From: Candidatus Heimdallarchaeum aukensis
GTDB taxonomy: Archaea > Asgardarchaeota > Heimdallarchaeia > Heimdallarchaeales > Heimdallarchaeaceae
Length of the DNA stretch: 64,000 nucleotides
Reading direction: 5' to 3'
Assembly: GCA_021513695.1 (NCBI GenBank)
Contig: CP084166.1
Location: forward strand, 2,784,001 to 2,848,000
Notes under the pieces: generated by a model
Database searches by the model: none
What the model saw: only the letters and a program-made list of their open reading frames with translations
What the model was told of the DNA's origin: nothing
In this document: piece by piece, positions 9,392 through 18,295 of the stretch
Position numbering within the stretch: position 1 is the first letter of the stretch
Layout of the letters: every line of letters starts with the position of its first letter
Position numbers and translations under genes: made by a program

Positions 9392-9880
9392 CTATTTTTT
9401 TTCCACACCCTCATTTTGATATATACCACTATATCCTTTTGCCACTTTATCTTTTATTTCGAAAAAGACTAGTTGAGCAATTCTCGCATTTTGATGGATG
9501 TTTATTGTTCTAGAAGTATAGAGAAGGCCTATTCCTCTTCCTTTGTATCCTGGATCCCATAAAGCAGAAAAAATAGTTGCTCCGATTCTCATCAATGAAG
9601 AACGAGGAAGAAGAATTGCCGCCATATCTAATGGCACACTGACTATTTCATTATATTGGACTACATATCCACCAGGTTGAAGAACCCAGCGGTTATTACT
9701 TTTTGGTAGTTCAACATAATCAGGAATAAATCTTTGTGAATTATCGAAGTCTAGTTCTCCACCATCATCAAGAATAAAGATGTTCCGTACAGTAAGATCG
9801 ATGCCTGCACTTTGAACTTGCTTTTTTATATTCACTGCGGAACTAACATTGTTTATAATAGAAGAAGGAGGAATAATCAT
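9392..9880 (-). CDS. dCTP deaminase/dUTPase-family protein (likely dUTP diphosphatase)
   Basis: Motifs PRSSLMRIG, WDPGYKGRGIGLL and NARIAQLVF are typical of the Dcd/Dut beta-barrel family. Its 162 aa fit an archaeal dUTPase. Confidence 0.7.
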   Translation of the reverse strand: MIIPPSSIINNVSSAVNIKKQVQSAGIDLTVRNIFILDDGGELDFDNSQRFIPDYVELPKSNNRWVLQPGGYVVQYNEIVSVPLDMAAILLPRSSLMRIGATIFSALWDPGYKGRGIGLLYTSRTINIHQNARIAQLVFFEIKDKVAKGYSGIYQNEGVEKK

Positions 9881-9953
9881 TTAATCTCACATTTTTCTTA
9901 TAGTTGCTAAGCTTCAAATTAGTTAATTATTGATCTTTTTTCTAAAGCCTATA

Positions 9954-10271
9954 TTAGTTGAAATAGGAACTGAGTTTCTCTTCTTTTTGGCAAACGTTGC
10001 AGTCTTCTTCTTGATAACTTAATATGTCTCTTGCAATTTTTGCGTTGTGTCTATCCTTCTGAATGCTATAGCAAAGTTTTGAAGGAGAACATGTTCCTTT
10101 TGTAAAGTAGGTCTTCTTATTTGCATTATAGAAAAGTTTTCCTCCTTTTAATGGACAGTTACAAACTTCGATATATACAGGAGAGTTATCATAATTAATG
10201 TTAGTTATCTTAGCAAGTGCTTTTTCTAACCTATTATCCAGATAATGATCTTGAACCTTTTGATAAGTCAT
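9954..10271 (-). CDS. hypothetical Cys-rich small protein (105 aa)
   Basis: ORF with eight Cys (CNCP, C, C, C, CNVC). It sits immediately downstream of the TnpB right end. No family was recognised. Confidence 0.4.
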   Translation of the reverse strand: MTYQKVQDHYLDNRLEKALAKITNINYDNSPVYIEVCNCPLKGGKLFYNANKKTYFTKGTCSPSKLCYSIQKDRHNAKIARDILSYQEEDCNVCQKEEKLSSYFN

Positions 10272-10500
10272 TGTAATTAAATTACAATGTTAAGTATAAA
10301 GATGTGTAATACTTAAGAATTATAGTTAACTAAGTTAGGATATTTTCTCAATAACATGGTCTACTTTTTCCTAAATTCCGATTTAGATTAAAAATCGGAA
10401 GAAGTAGTAAGTTTAGTCGGTGGAAAAAAAGAAAGAGAAAGAACAGCGTAAAAGCTGGTCTAACTAACTTAACTTGCTAACTTATTTTCCAACGGACGGG
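10272..10500 (-). ncRNA. candidate TnpB omega-RNA (reRNA) / IS right-end region
   Basis: Non-coding stretch immediately 3' of and overlapping the tnpB end. It contains stem-loops and is placed by analogy with known IS605 omega-RNA loci. Confidence 0.3.
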
Positions 10501-11736
10501 GTGAACCACTGCAGCCCAGACTATCCCGTAGTTAGACATAACAGAGAATAACGTGGGGAATACTTTGCGACCGATATTACCTGCAGAGTTGATATCAGCA
10601 TTAATTTTTAATCCTCTGGTACTGATGAACAGTCCACGGTGAGTTCTTTTGCCAGCATAATGGGGGTGAAAAGCTATCTCTTCATTATCTAAGAAACTGC
10701 AGACAGAGGTGTAGGACTCTTCGGTAGGAATAACTTTTATCCCTTTTTCTTCTGCTTTGTAAGTGATTTTGTCAATGAGGGATTTAAAGGGGATAAAAAC
10801 AAAGGTTTGATTATTTTTCTTTCCCATATTCACTTTCTGTTTCCATCTGGGGTTGTAACCTATAACTATCGTATCAATGTTTTTTTCTAAACAGTAGTCT
10901 ATTATCTTCCTACTTGCTTTATGGAAATAGTCAGCTATTTTACACATTCGTTCTAACTGGAGAGTAAGCATTTTTCTTCCCCAGGTGGTTAATCCTTGCT
11001 TGTCATAGATTGACTGTAATTTTGCCCTACGTTTATTAAACCACTGATTAACAGCTTTAATGGGTCTACCATTTATCAGAAAACCTTTTTCACCAGGAAT
11101 AGTGGTTAACCCGCCTACAAGGTTATTCACTCCCAGATCAAGAGCTAGAACTCTTTCTGCATGTCGTTTTTTTCGTTCTTCTATCTCTTTCTCGTAAACT
11201 ATCTCTAATTTAAATTTCGTTCCCATAGGTATAAGACGGGCAAACTTCACTTTCGTTGAAGGACACAGTCTTGTAACTATCTTTAGTCCTACACGTTTAG
11301 GGAAAGAGATAAAAAATTTTTCTTTTTCTTGCTCTTTTTCTTCTTTAATTTTCACTTGAGAGTTAGTAAAATAGATTATAGCAAGTCCATCTTTCTTCTT
11401 CTATTTTGGAGGACGGGGTTTACCATTAAACTTTTCTGGTTCTTTTTTGCATTCTTCTAAAGACCTAAAATACCCTTTCCACGCTAAACATAGAAACTTT
11501 ATCGTCTGTTGTGCCGTATGACCAGGTAGTGCTGTGTAGGTCGGGTGATACCTTAAAATATTCATCAGTTCGAACTCTCTCGTGAAATATTTACTTTTTC
11601 TTAACTGATACTTAATAATGTAATTTGCTTGATTATACAAGTTTTTTACCTGGTGTGCCAACTGCTTTAGAGTGATCGATTCTTTCACCCATATTTCCTC
11701 AGTTCGGTACACCTTTTTCCTCATTTTTTCTTTCAT
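10477..11736 (-). pseudogene. tnpB: RNA-guided endonuclease TnpB (OrfB_IS605), interrupted
   Basis: The N-terminal ORF 11401..11736 (HTAQQTIKFL...FNGKPRPPK) and the RuvC-bearing C-terminal ORF 10477..11355 (LALDLGVNN, PTEESYTS, ADINSAGNI) are separated by an in-frame stop or frameshift near 11356-11400. The zinc-finger cysteines are missing. Confidence 0.75.
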
Positions 11737-12015
11737 TTATTTTTACTTTTTTCCCTATTTAAACTCCTCATCTTCCCTCCTCTCCTCTCTTCTCCTCTCC
11801 TTTATTCTTCTTTTTTCCCCCTCTTCTACAACTTCGTAATTTCGGAAAAAGTAAACCATCAGAACTTCTTTTACGCATTTTTTAGTAATTGTTGAACTTA
11901 AGAGTTTCAAGAACTTTTGTAAAGAGAAATAATTTTGAACATTTATTGTAAAAATACTTTAAATAGTGAATTGACTTCTGTTGTACAGAGAGAATTATAT
12001 AAAGAAGTGAAGAAA

Positions 12016-13113
12016 ATGCCTGAAAAAAAGCAAACAAAGGAAACAAAAAGTGCAAAAACAAAGAAGACATTAACTAAGGAAGACTTGAAAGAACCTCAAG
12101 ATGATAATTGGATAGACGAAATTGTAAGTAAAAAAGAAAAAACTGTTGTTAAAGAAAAAATCAGTGACGCTCCAATAAGATCAATTCCTGGAATTGGTCC
12201 TGCTGTTGCAGAAAAATTGATGTCTGCTGGATATTTAACCCTTACTTCTGTAGCTCATGCTTCTCCTATGGAATTAGTAGAATTTTGCGAAATTGGAGAA
12301 CAAACTGCGAATAAAATTATTTCAGCTGCTAGAGCTCAAGTGGGTATTGGCTTTAAAAAGGCTAGTGAAATCCTAAATCTTCGAGAAAAAGTTTCAAAAA
12401 TCTCAACTGGTAGTAAAGCACTTGATTCTCTATTGATGGGGGGGATAGAAACTAAATCAATTACTGAATTGTCTGGAGAATTTAGAACAGGAAAAAGTCA
12501 AATATGCTTTCAACTTTGTGTAAATACTGCTTTAGATAAAAAGCATGGAGGACTGGAAGCAGGTGTTATTTTCATTGATACTGAAGGAACTTTTAGACCT
12601 GAAAGGATTGTTGATATGTGCGCAAGGTTTGGAAAAGATGTAGATACAGAAGAAGTGCTAAACAGGATTAATGTAGGTAGAGCTTATAATTCTGATCACC
12701 AAATGCTTCTTGTTCTTGAAAGTCCTAAAATTATAACAGAAAACAATGTAAAACTTATTGTAATTGATTCTCTTACCAGCCACTTTAGAGCCGAATATAC
12801 AGGAAAAGGAACTATATTAGAAAGACAACAGAAGTTGAATAAGTTTTTGCATCAACTTCTACGTTTAGCTGATGTATATGATCTGGCTATTGTTGTAACA
12901 AACCAAGTACAAACAAAACCTGATATTTTAATAGGTGAATCAACTACTCCCATCGGAGGAAATATTGTCGCACATTCATGTACGACCAGAATATTTCTTA
13001 GAAAGGGTAAAGGCGATAAGAGAATCGCAAGAGTAATTGATAGTCCAAGTATTCCAGAAACAGAAGCAATTTTCAGAATAACAAAATTAGGAATAGAAGA
13101 TGTAGGAGAGTAG
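12016..13113 (+). CDS. radA: DNA repair and recombination protein RadA
   Basis: HhH region IPGIGPAVAEKLMSAGY, Walker A GEFRTGKSQ, and RecA-fold motifs. The ORF is open from 11935, and the ATG at 12016 was chosen as the start. A K/E-rich ~55-aa extension precedes the HhH region. Confidence 0.85.
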   Translation: MPEKKQTKETKSAKTKKTLTKEDLKEPQDDNWIDEIVSKKEKTVVKEKISDAPIRSIPGIGPAVAEKLMSAGYLTLTSVAHASPMELVEFCEIGEQTANKIISAARAQVGIGFKKASEILNLREKVSKISTGSKALDSLLMGGIETKSITELSGEFRTGKSQICFQLCVNTALDKKHGGLEAGVIFIDTEGTFRPERIVDMCARFGKDVDTEEVLNRINVGRAYNSDHQMLLVLESPKIITENNVKLIVIDSLTSHFRAEYTGKGTILERQQKLNKFLHQLLRLADVYDLAIVVTNQVQTKPDILIGESTTPIGGNIVAHSCTTRIFLRKGKGDKRIARVIDSPSIPETEAIFRITKLGIEDVGE

Positions 13114-13243
13114 TAAAAGGGGTTTTTTGTTTACAAATCCAACTCTCTTTTTTCATTGCGACTTACAAAATCTTTAAGTATTAAAATTATAATTATTAGA
13201 CTGATATAGATTAAAATATCAATTCAAACCATGGTGAATATTT

Positions 13244-14029
13244 ATGGCAGAAGAAAATGAAGGAACATCTGTAGGAGAAGCTATAAAGATTACAGAATTA
13301 GAAAATGAAAAGAAAAAACTGGAAGAAAAAGTCCAAGCTTTGACTGAGGAGGTTAATAAGTTAAAAGAAGAGAATTCGTCTTTAGTCGAGAAAAATAATG
13401 AACTAACAGAAAAACTGAGTAGTTTAGAACAAACCTCTGGAACAGCTGAACAACAAGAACAAGAAGTGAATGAATTAAAGGAAAAGCTTTCTTCTACTCA
13501 ACAAGAAAAAGAAAATTTAAGCCAAGAGTTACAAAAACTAAAAGATGAGATGTTGCGAAAAGATGAAGAATTGAATGAAAAAAATAGAGAACTAAATAGC
13601 ATGAAAGAACAACTAGAAGAAAAGCAAAAAATGATTGATCAACTAAAAGAAGAAGTTTCTACAATTGAAAGAAGTAAATCTGAATTAGAATCACAATTGA
13701 AATCAATTAATGACGAAAAAATGGAAATAGAAGCTAAATACAACGAGCTGCTAAAAGAAACTTCTAAACTAGATGAACTAAAGACGTCGCTTCAAGATAA
13801 AGAAGAGGCATTAAGAAGATTTCAAATAATTGCAGAAACTGATCCATCTTATGCTTGGTTAACTACATTAGAGCAGTACAAAGTTATAGAACTAAAAAGA
13901 CTAGCAATGTCTGCTGGTGCTTCAACTCATGCCATACTTCAATATGTTAAAAAATTAGAAGCTGCAGGACTCGTTGAACTAGAATTTCATGGTAGAGAAG
14001 ACAGCAATCCTGTTGTAAAGTTGAAATAA
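13244..14029 (+). CDS. coiled-coil protein with a C-terminal winged-helix-like domain
   Basis: About 200 aa of heptad-rich E/K/L sequence, followed by YKVIELKRLAMSAGASTHAILQYVKKLEAAGLVELE (wHTH-like). Confidence 0.5.
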   Translation: MAEENEGTSVGEAIKITELENEKKKLEEKVQALTEEVNKLKEENSSLVEKNNELTEKLSSLEQTSGTAEQQEQEVNELKEKLSSTQQEKENLSQELQKLKDEMLRKDEELNEKNRELNSMKEQLEEKQKMIDQLKEEVSTIERSKSELESQLKSINDEKMEIEAKYNELLKETSKLDELKTSLQDKEEALRRFQIIAETDPSYAWLTTLEQYKVIELKRLAMSAGASTHAILQYVKKLEAAGLVELEFHGREDSNPVVKLK

Positions 14030-14089
14030 ATTTAATTTGCTTTTCTTTATTTTCTTTATTTTTATCTTTCTGATTTTAATGCGTTTTTG

Positions 14090-14791
14090 TTACTTGAAAA
14101 GTGACTTAAAATATAACCAAATAATCCTTTTATTTATTTTTGAAGAACCATAATCTCTATGTCCAAAATCATATTCTACTTCTTGAATTCTTATTTTCTT
14201 TGGGAATGCTTTTAGAAAATCAAATAATACTTTATACCCTTCAAGAGTAAACTTTTGTTCTTTTTTTTGGATTAAATCTTTCCATATTTCAGTTTTCGAA
14301 GCAAAGAAACCAGACATTATATCTTGACATTTATTCTTGTTTCTTAGACTTAAAACTATTTTACCAAGTATAGTTGCAGAATAAGAAATTAATTTTCTAT
14401 GAAAAGACCATTTCTCTTTTACTTTTCTTCTTTTTCCTACTACTAAATCAAACCCTTTATTCAGCTCCTCGTAAAATTCAGGAAGTTTTTTAGGTGGATG
14501 TTGAAGATCAGCATCCATTACTAAAAAGTAAGGGGTCTCTGTTTGTAAAATAGCATCTAAAACACTGGCTGTTAAACCATGTACTGGTTTTTTACTTCTA
14601 TCAAGAAATTTAACATTTAAATTTCCTTCAAATGAAATGACATTTTGCTTGGTATTATCAAAGGAACCATCATCTGTAACAATTACTTTAGCTTCTGGAA
14701 CATATTTTTCTAGTTCTTCTAGTAATATCTGTATTGCTTTCTCTTCGTTAAGAGTAGGAACAATAACTGTTAAATTGGAGAAAGAATTCAT
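14090..14791 (-). CDS. family 2 glycosyltransferase (dolichol-phosphate mannosyl/glucosyltransferase-like)
   Basis: VIVPTLNEE...TDDGSFDNT...MDADLQHPP, the DPM1-like GT-A fold motifs. Confidence 0.8.
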   Translation of the reverse strand: MNSFSNLTVIVPTLNEEKAIQILLEELEKYVPEAKVIVTDDGSFDNTKQNVISFEGNLNVKFLDRSKKPVHGLTASVLDAILQTETPYFLVMDADLQHPPKKLPEFYEELNKGFDLVVGKRRKVKEKWSFHRKLISYSATILGKIVLSLRNKNKCQDIMSGFFASKTEIWKDLIQKKEQKFTLEGYKVLFDFLKAFPKKIRIQEVEYDFGHRDYGSSKINKRIIWLYFKSLFK

Positions 14792-14955
14792 TAGAGTAAC
14801 CTTTCGTGTTCGCTATAAAAACATTAAGATAAAAATTCGTTTTTTTAAAAAAAACTTTTTAGTTAAAGTTCTTTAAAGTATAGAATAAAATGTATTTCCA
14901 TTATCAGTAAATATTTAAGGGATTTAAAATAAATTAATTTGTAGAGGATAGAAAA

Positions 14956-15642
14956 ATGAGTATTTATATAGTTGAAAAAACAGGGGAACTTTCTACATGT
15001 CATGATAAAGATCGTGCATTAAAATCAGAAAATGTATTAATTGTTGTTTCACACATGGATAAAAAAGTTTACACATGGGTGGGGTCAAGAGCTTCTCCCC
15101 AATCAAAATTCGCTTGTGCAAGAGAAACAGCACGAATGAGGATGGAATTGGGTTATCGTGCAGTGAATCTAGAAGAAGCTGATACAACAGAATCATTCTT
15201 GAGAGCTATAGATGAAGTTCTTAATGGAAGTGATAGTTCAGGAACAAGTTTTAGACCAAGGCCTGCTGCTTATTCTTCTCAAATAAAAGAAAAGAAAAAA
15301 GAGAAAATTCGAGAAAAGCAGAAAGAAGTTATTAAGAAAGAAGAACCTAAAGATATAAAAGCTGCTGTTACACCCTCTGTAAAACTCGATGCTTCTTCTC
15401 CTAAAGTTCTTGATATCAATTACGTAGTAAAGCAAACTTCAACTCTTCCACCTATCAATGGGATGATTAGAGATTATATAATAATAGGCGATAAACTATA
15501 TATTGCTCCTGATGAAGATACTTCTGAGGTAGCAATGATGGATTCTCTTCCAGATGGGGGATTTGTGGCAGAGGATTATTTACCAAGATTATATATAGAA
15601 AATGGACGAGTAATAGCTGTAGAACTATGGAGAGAGCAGTAA
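14956..15642 (+). CDS. gelsolin/cofilin-fold domain protein (Asgard gelsolin-like)
   Basis: The N-terminal ~90 aa (IYIVE...ENVLIVVS...KVYTWVGSRASPQSKFACARETARMRMELGY) match the gelsolin-repeat signature (..Y.W.G..SS..E...AA..A..L). A K/E/P-rich linker and a ~60-aa C-terminal domain follow. Confidence 0.55.
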   Translation: MSIYIVEKTGELSTCHDKDRALKSENVLIVVSHMDKKVYTWVGSRASPQSKFACARETARMRMELGYRAVNLEEADTTESFLRAIDEVLNGSDSSGTSFRPRPAAYSSQIKEKKKEKIREKQKEVIKKEEPKDIKAAVTPSVKLDASSPKVLDINYVVKQTSTLPPINGMIRDYIIIGDKLYIAPDEDTSEVAMMDSLPDGGFVAEDYLPRLYIENGRVIAVELWREQ

Positions 15643-15755
15643 ATTCTTTATTATTCAAACTTTTTCTAGAATTTTTGTTAAAAAATAATTAAGAATCAGT
15701 TTTTTTAAAGTAAGAAATATTAAAGAACTTGATCTATTAATATTAATTTGACATT

Positions 15756-16298
15756 TTACTTATTTTCTCCAAGTTTCTTCATTACTAACTTGACTATTGT
15801 GACATAAACATCATTTACTCCTGCTCCTAATTTAGCAGAAGTCTCAAGAACTTGGTAACCTTTACTTTCCCATTCTTTTTTTGCTTGTTCATAAGGTACA
15901 GCTCTTTGTTCTTCTAGATCTGTTTTATTTCCAACAATGATGATTGGTATGTCAGGTACTTTATTTTCTATCTCTGATATCCAATAAGAAATATTTTCAT
16001 ATGATTCTTTTCTAGTAATGTCATAAACCACCACAGCACCATGAGCTCCAGTGTAATACCTTTTCCTTAAGGAAGCTAGACGTTCTTGTCCCACTGTATC
16101 AAATAATACCATTTTTATTTTTGTATCCTCATCAATGTCAACTTCCTTGCTGTAGAAATCCACTCCTAATGTAGGAAGATAATTAACCGAAAATTTGTTC
16201 TTTGTATATCTCACCGCAATACTTGTTTTTCCGACACTATAGTCACCAACATTAATTATCTTAACAATAAAGGTGACATTTTTGTTTGAACCTAACAT
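15756..16298 (-). CDS. Rab-like small GTPase
   Basis: G1 GDYSVGKTS, switch I TLGVDF, G3 DTVGQE, RKRYYTGAHGAVVVYDIT (Rab-like), G4 GNKTDL and G5 ETSAK. Confidence 0.85.
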   Translation of the reverse strand: MLGSNKNVTFIVKIINVGDYSVGKTSIAVRYTKNKFSVNYLPTLGVDFYSKEVDIDEDTKIKMVLFDTVGQERLASLRKRYYTGAHGAVVVYDITRKESYENISYWISEIENKVPDIPIIIVGNKTDLEEQRAVPYEQAKKEWESKGYQVLETSAKLGAGVNDVYVTIVKLVMKKLGENK

Positions 16299-16320
16299 TT
16301 ACAGTACAACTCTATAATTA

Positions 16321-16395
16321 TTTTATACTTTATAGTTATTTTATATACTTTATAGTTATTTTATATACTTTATAGTTATTTTATATATTTATGTT
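16321..16395. repeat. 20-bp AT-rich tandem repeat (~3.5 copies; unit tatatactttatagttattt)
   Basis: Direct repeats visible at 16321-16340, 16341-16360 and 16361-16380, with a degenerate fourth copy. Confidence 0.85.
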
Positions 16396-16482
16396 TTATA
16401 TTTTTTGTATCTGACAACTTGAGAAATCTTCCGAATAAGTTATAAGTGATAAACTCTAATAACGATTAGTCAGTATACTGAT

Positions 16483-17373
16483 TTGTTATGTGAGGATAAA
16501 AGCATGTCTTCAAAAGTAATAGAATCAATAGCTTATAGCTATGTAGGAAGATTAATTGAACCCTATCTAACAGAATTTGAAGGTTTAAGGACCACACTAA
16601 AAAAAGCCGGAATAGAGCAAAGTGTTAGGATGTATTTAAGCATTAGACTATTCTGGTCCATAGTTTTATCAATAGTTTCACTTTTTGTTCTAATTGCAGT
16701 AAAAATACTAGTACCAAGTTTTTCAGTCATACTGGTTGTCATATTACCTGTGCTAATTTTGTTGACAATGTTTGTAATAACATGGGTATACCCAAGTTAT
16801 CTGATAGGTGAAAGAAAAAGAAAACTAGAAGCAGCTTTACCCACTGCAGCAAGCTATATGACTGCCATGGCTTCTGCAGGAGTTACACCAGATAAAATTT
16901 TCCTTGCTTTATCTAAAGAAGAAAGCATTGGTGAAGCTATTGTTAAAGATGCTAAAAAAATCTCTCGTGATATTCAAGTTTTTGGTTATGATATTGTTCA
17001 TGCTTTAAGCGAAGCATCATCACGTTCTCCTTCTCCTAAGTATTCAAGTTATTTAGAGGGGATTGTTGCGACTTTTACCTCTGGAGGAGAACTTCAGCGA
17101 TTTTTAGAAGTTTCTACTGAAAACTTGATGAGAGATAAAGTTCAAACTGAAAAGAATTTTATTGAAGCGTTAGGTTTAACTGCAGAGTTGTACATGGTTG
17201 TAGGAGTTGTAACTCCTATTTTCTTTATCGTTATAATTGCAATGATGGCCATGTTGGGTGGTAGTGCAAATACTGGGGCTAATGCTCTTCTAGCAATTAC
17301 AGTTTACATAGTCATACCTGTTGGAATGCTGGTAATTATTCTTTTAGTGGACATGCAACAACCGGAGGATTAA
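16483..17373 (+). CDS. type II secretion system F-domain membrane protein (TadB/EpdJ-like)
   Basis: TM helices flank a cytoplasmic GspF-like domain (PTAASYMTAMASAGVTP...). It is paired with a second T2SF gene. Confidence 0.65.
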   Translation: MLCEDKSMSSKVIESIAYSYVGRLIEPYLTEFEGLRTTLKKAGIEQSVRMYLSIRLFWSIVLSIVSLFVLIAVKILVPSFSVILVVILPVLILLTMFVITWVYPSYLIGERKRKLEAALPTAASYMTAMASAGVTPDKIFLALSKEESIGEAIVKDAKKISRDIQVFGYDIVHALSEASSRSPSPKYSSYLEGIVATFTSGGELQRFLEVSTENLMRDKVQTEKNFIEALGLTAELYMVVGVVTPIFFIVIIAMMAMLGGSANTGANALLAITVYIVIPVGMLVIILLVDMQQPED

Positions 17374-17383
17374 GGTGAGTTAA

Positions 17384-18286
17384 ATGGCAATTAAAGATGA
17401 AGTTGAGATAAAAACGAAAGAGTTTCAGATTAGTGTTGATATAATCTATTGGGTTATAGCAGTTTTTGCGGGATTGGTTATAGTTGTATTAGGTGTTTTA
17501 GATTATATTTCTTCTACTGATTTGATAACCATATTAGATATAAATGACTTTATTATATTAGCCATAATTATATCAATGGGTATTCCAACCTTTTTAATAG
17601 TTTACAGAGAAGAACGTAGACAAGCTCGTATTGATGAGAATTTACCATATCTCCTCCGTGAAATCTCAAATGCACAACGAACAGGTATGAGTCTCCCTCG
17701 AGCAATAAAAGAAGCAGCGAAGAGACACTATGGTCCTTTAACTCCCGAATTACGTAAAATGTCAAGTAAAATTTCTTGGGGTATTCCTTTTAGTAAAGCT
17801 ATGTCTGATTTTCAAAGTGCAATAAATACACAGATGGCTCAGAGAGCTACCATTCTAATTTTAGAGGCTGAACGTTCTGGAGGAAATCTAGAGGATATTT
17901 TTGAATCAACAGAGAAACATGTTCAACAGTTACTTGATCTCAAAAAAGAACGAGAAGGAGCAATGCGACCCTACTTGATGATTTGTTATGCTGCATACAT
18001 CATTTTTGTCTTAGTGGTCTTCATATTATTCCAAACATTCTTTTATCCTTTTGGTACATTGGATGTTTCTAGTGAGATGTTTAGTTTTAGTATAGATTTA
18101 GATACACTTTCTGTTCTGTTCCTTCATATGCTAGCTGTCCAAGGCTTCTTCACTGGTCTTGTTGCTGGAAAAATGGCAAAAACAAAAGTTAAAGCAGGAT
18201 TAATGCATTCTGTGATACTAATGTTTATTGGTTGGTTTGCATTTAAAGTTCTCATTCAAAATCAACTTATCACACTAAATTTGTAA
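17384..18286 (+). CDS. type II secretion system F-domain membrane protein (TadC/EpdK-like)
   Basis: GspF-like domain (LLREISNAQRTGMSLPRAIKEA). It has its own RBS (aaggtgag) 11 nt after the previous stop. Confidence 0.65.
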   Translation: MAIKDEVEIKTKEFQISVDIIYWVIAVFAGLVIVVLGVLDYISSTDLITILDINDFIILAIIISMGIPTFLIVYREERRQARIDENLPYLLREISNAQRTGMSLPRAIKEAAKRHYGPLTPELRKMSSKISWGIPFSKAMSDFQSAINTQMAQRATILILEAERSGGNLEDIFESTEKHVQQLLDLKKEREGAMRPYLMICYAAYIIFVLVVFILFQTFFYPFGTLDVSSEMFSFSIDLDTLSVLFLHMLAVQGFFTGLVAGKMAKTKVKAGLMHSVILMFIGWFAFKVLIQNQLITLNL

Positions 18287-18295
18287 GGTGATTGT

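Larger units (their letters stand above)
10272..11880 (-). mobile_element. IS200/IS605-family (IS1341-like) element carrying tnpB only, with no tnpA
   Basis: TnpB ORFs are flanked by a non-coding right end with a hairpin (ccgattt..aaatcgg near 10373-10398) and a CT-rich left flank (11760-11830). GC is higher locally than in the surroundings. Confidence 0.6.

Noticed and set aside
10480-10545. GC-rich patch (ggacggggtgaaccactgcagcccagactatcccgtag) considered as a tRNA fragment or integration target.
   Set aside because: It lies inside the TnpB C-terminal coding region in frame (..HPVRWKIS). No cloverleaf could be folded. The GC richness reflects the foreign origin of the IS.
14637-14876. 79-aa ORF antisense to the glycosyltransferase gene and running into the intergenic region.
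   Set aside because: It is antisense to a strongly supported GT2 CDS and has low-complexity S-rich composition.
16321-16395. Possible CRISPR array.
   Set aside because: The repeats are directly adjacent with no spacers, the unit is 20 bp and AT-only, and no cas genes are present. It is a simple tandem repeat.
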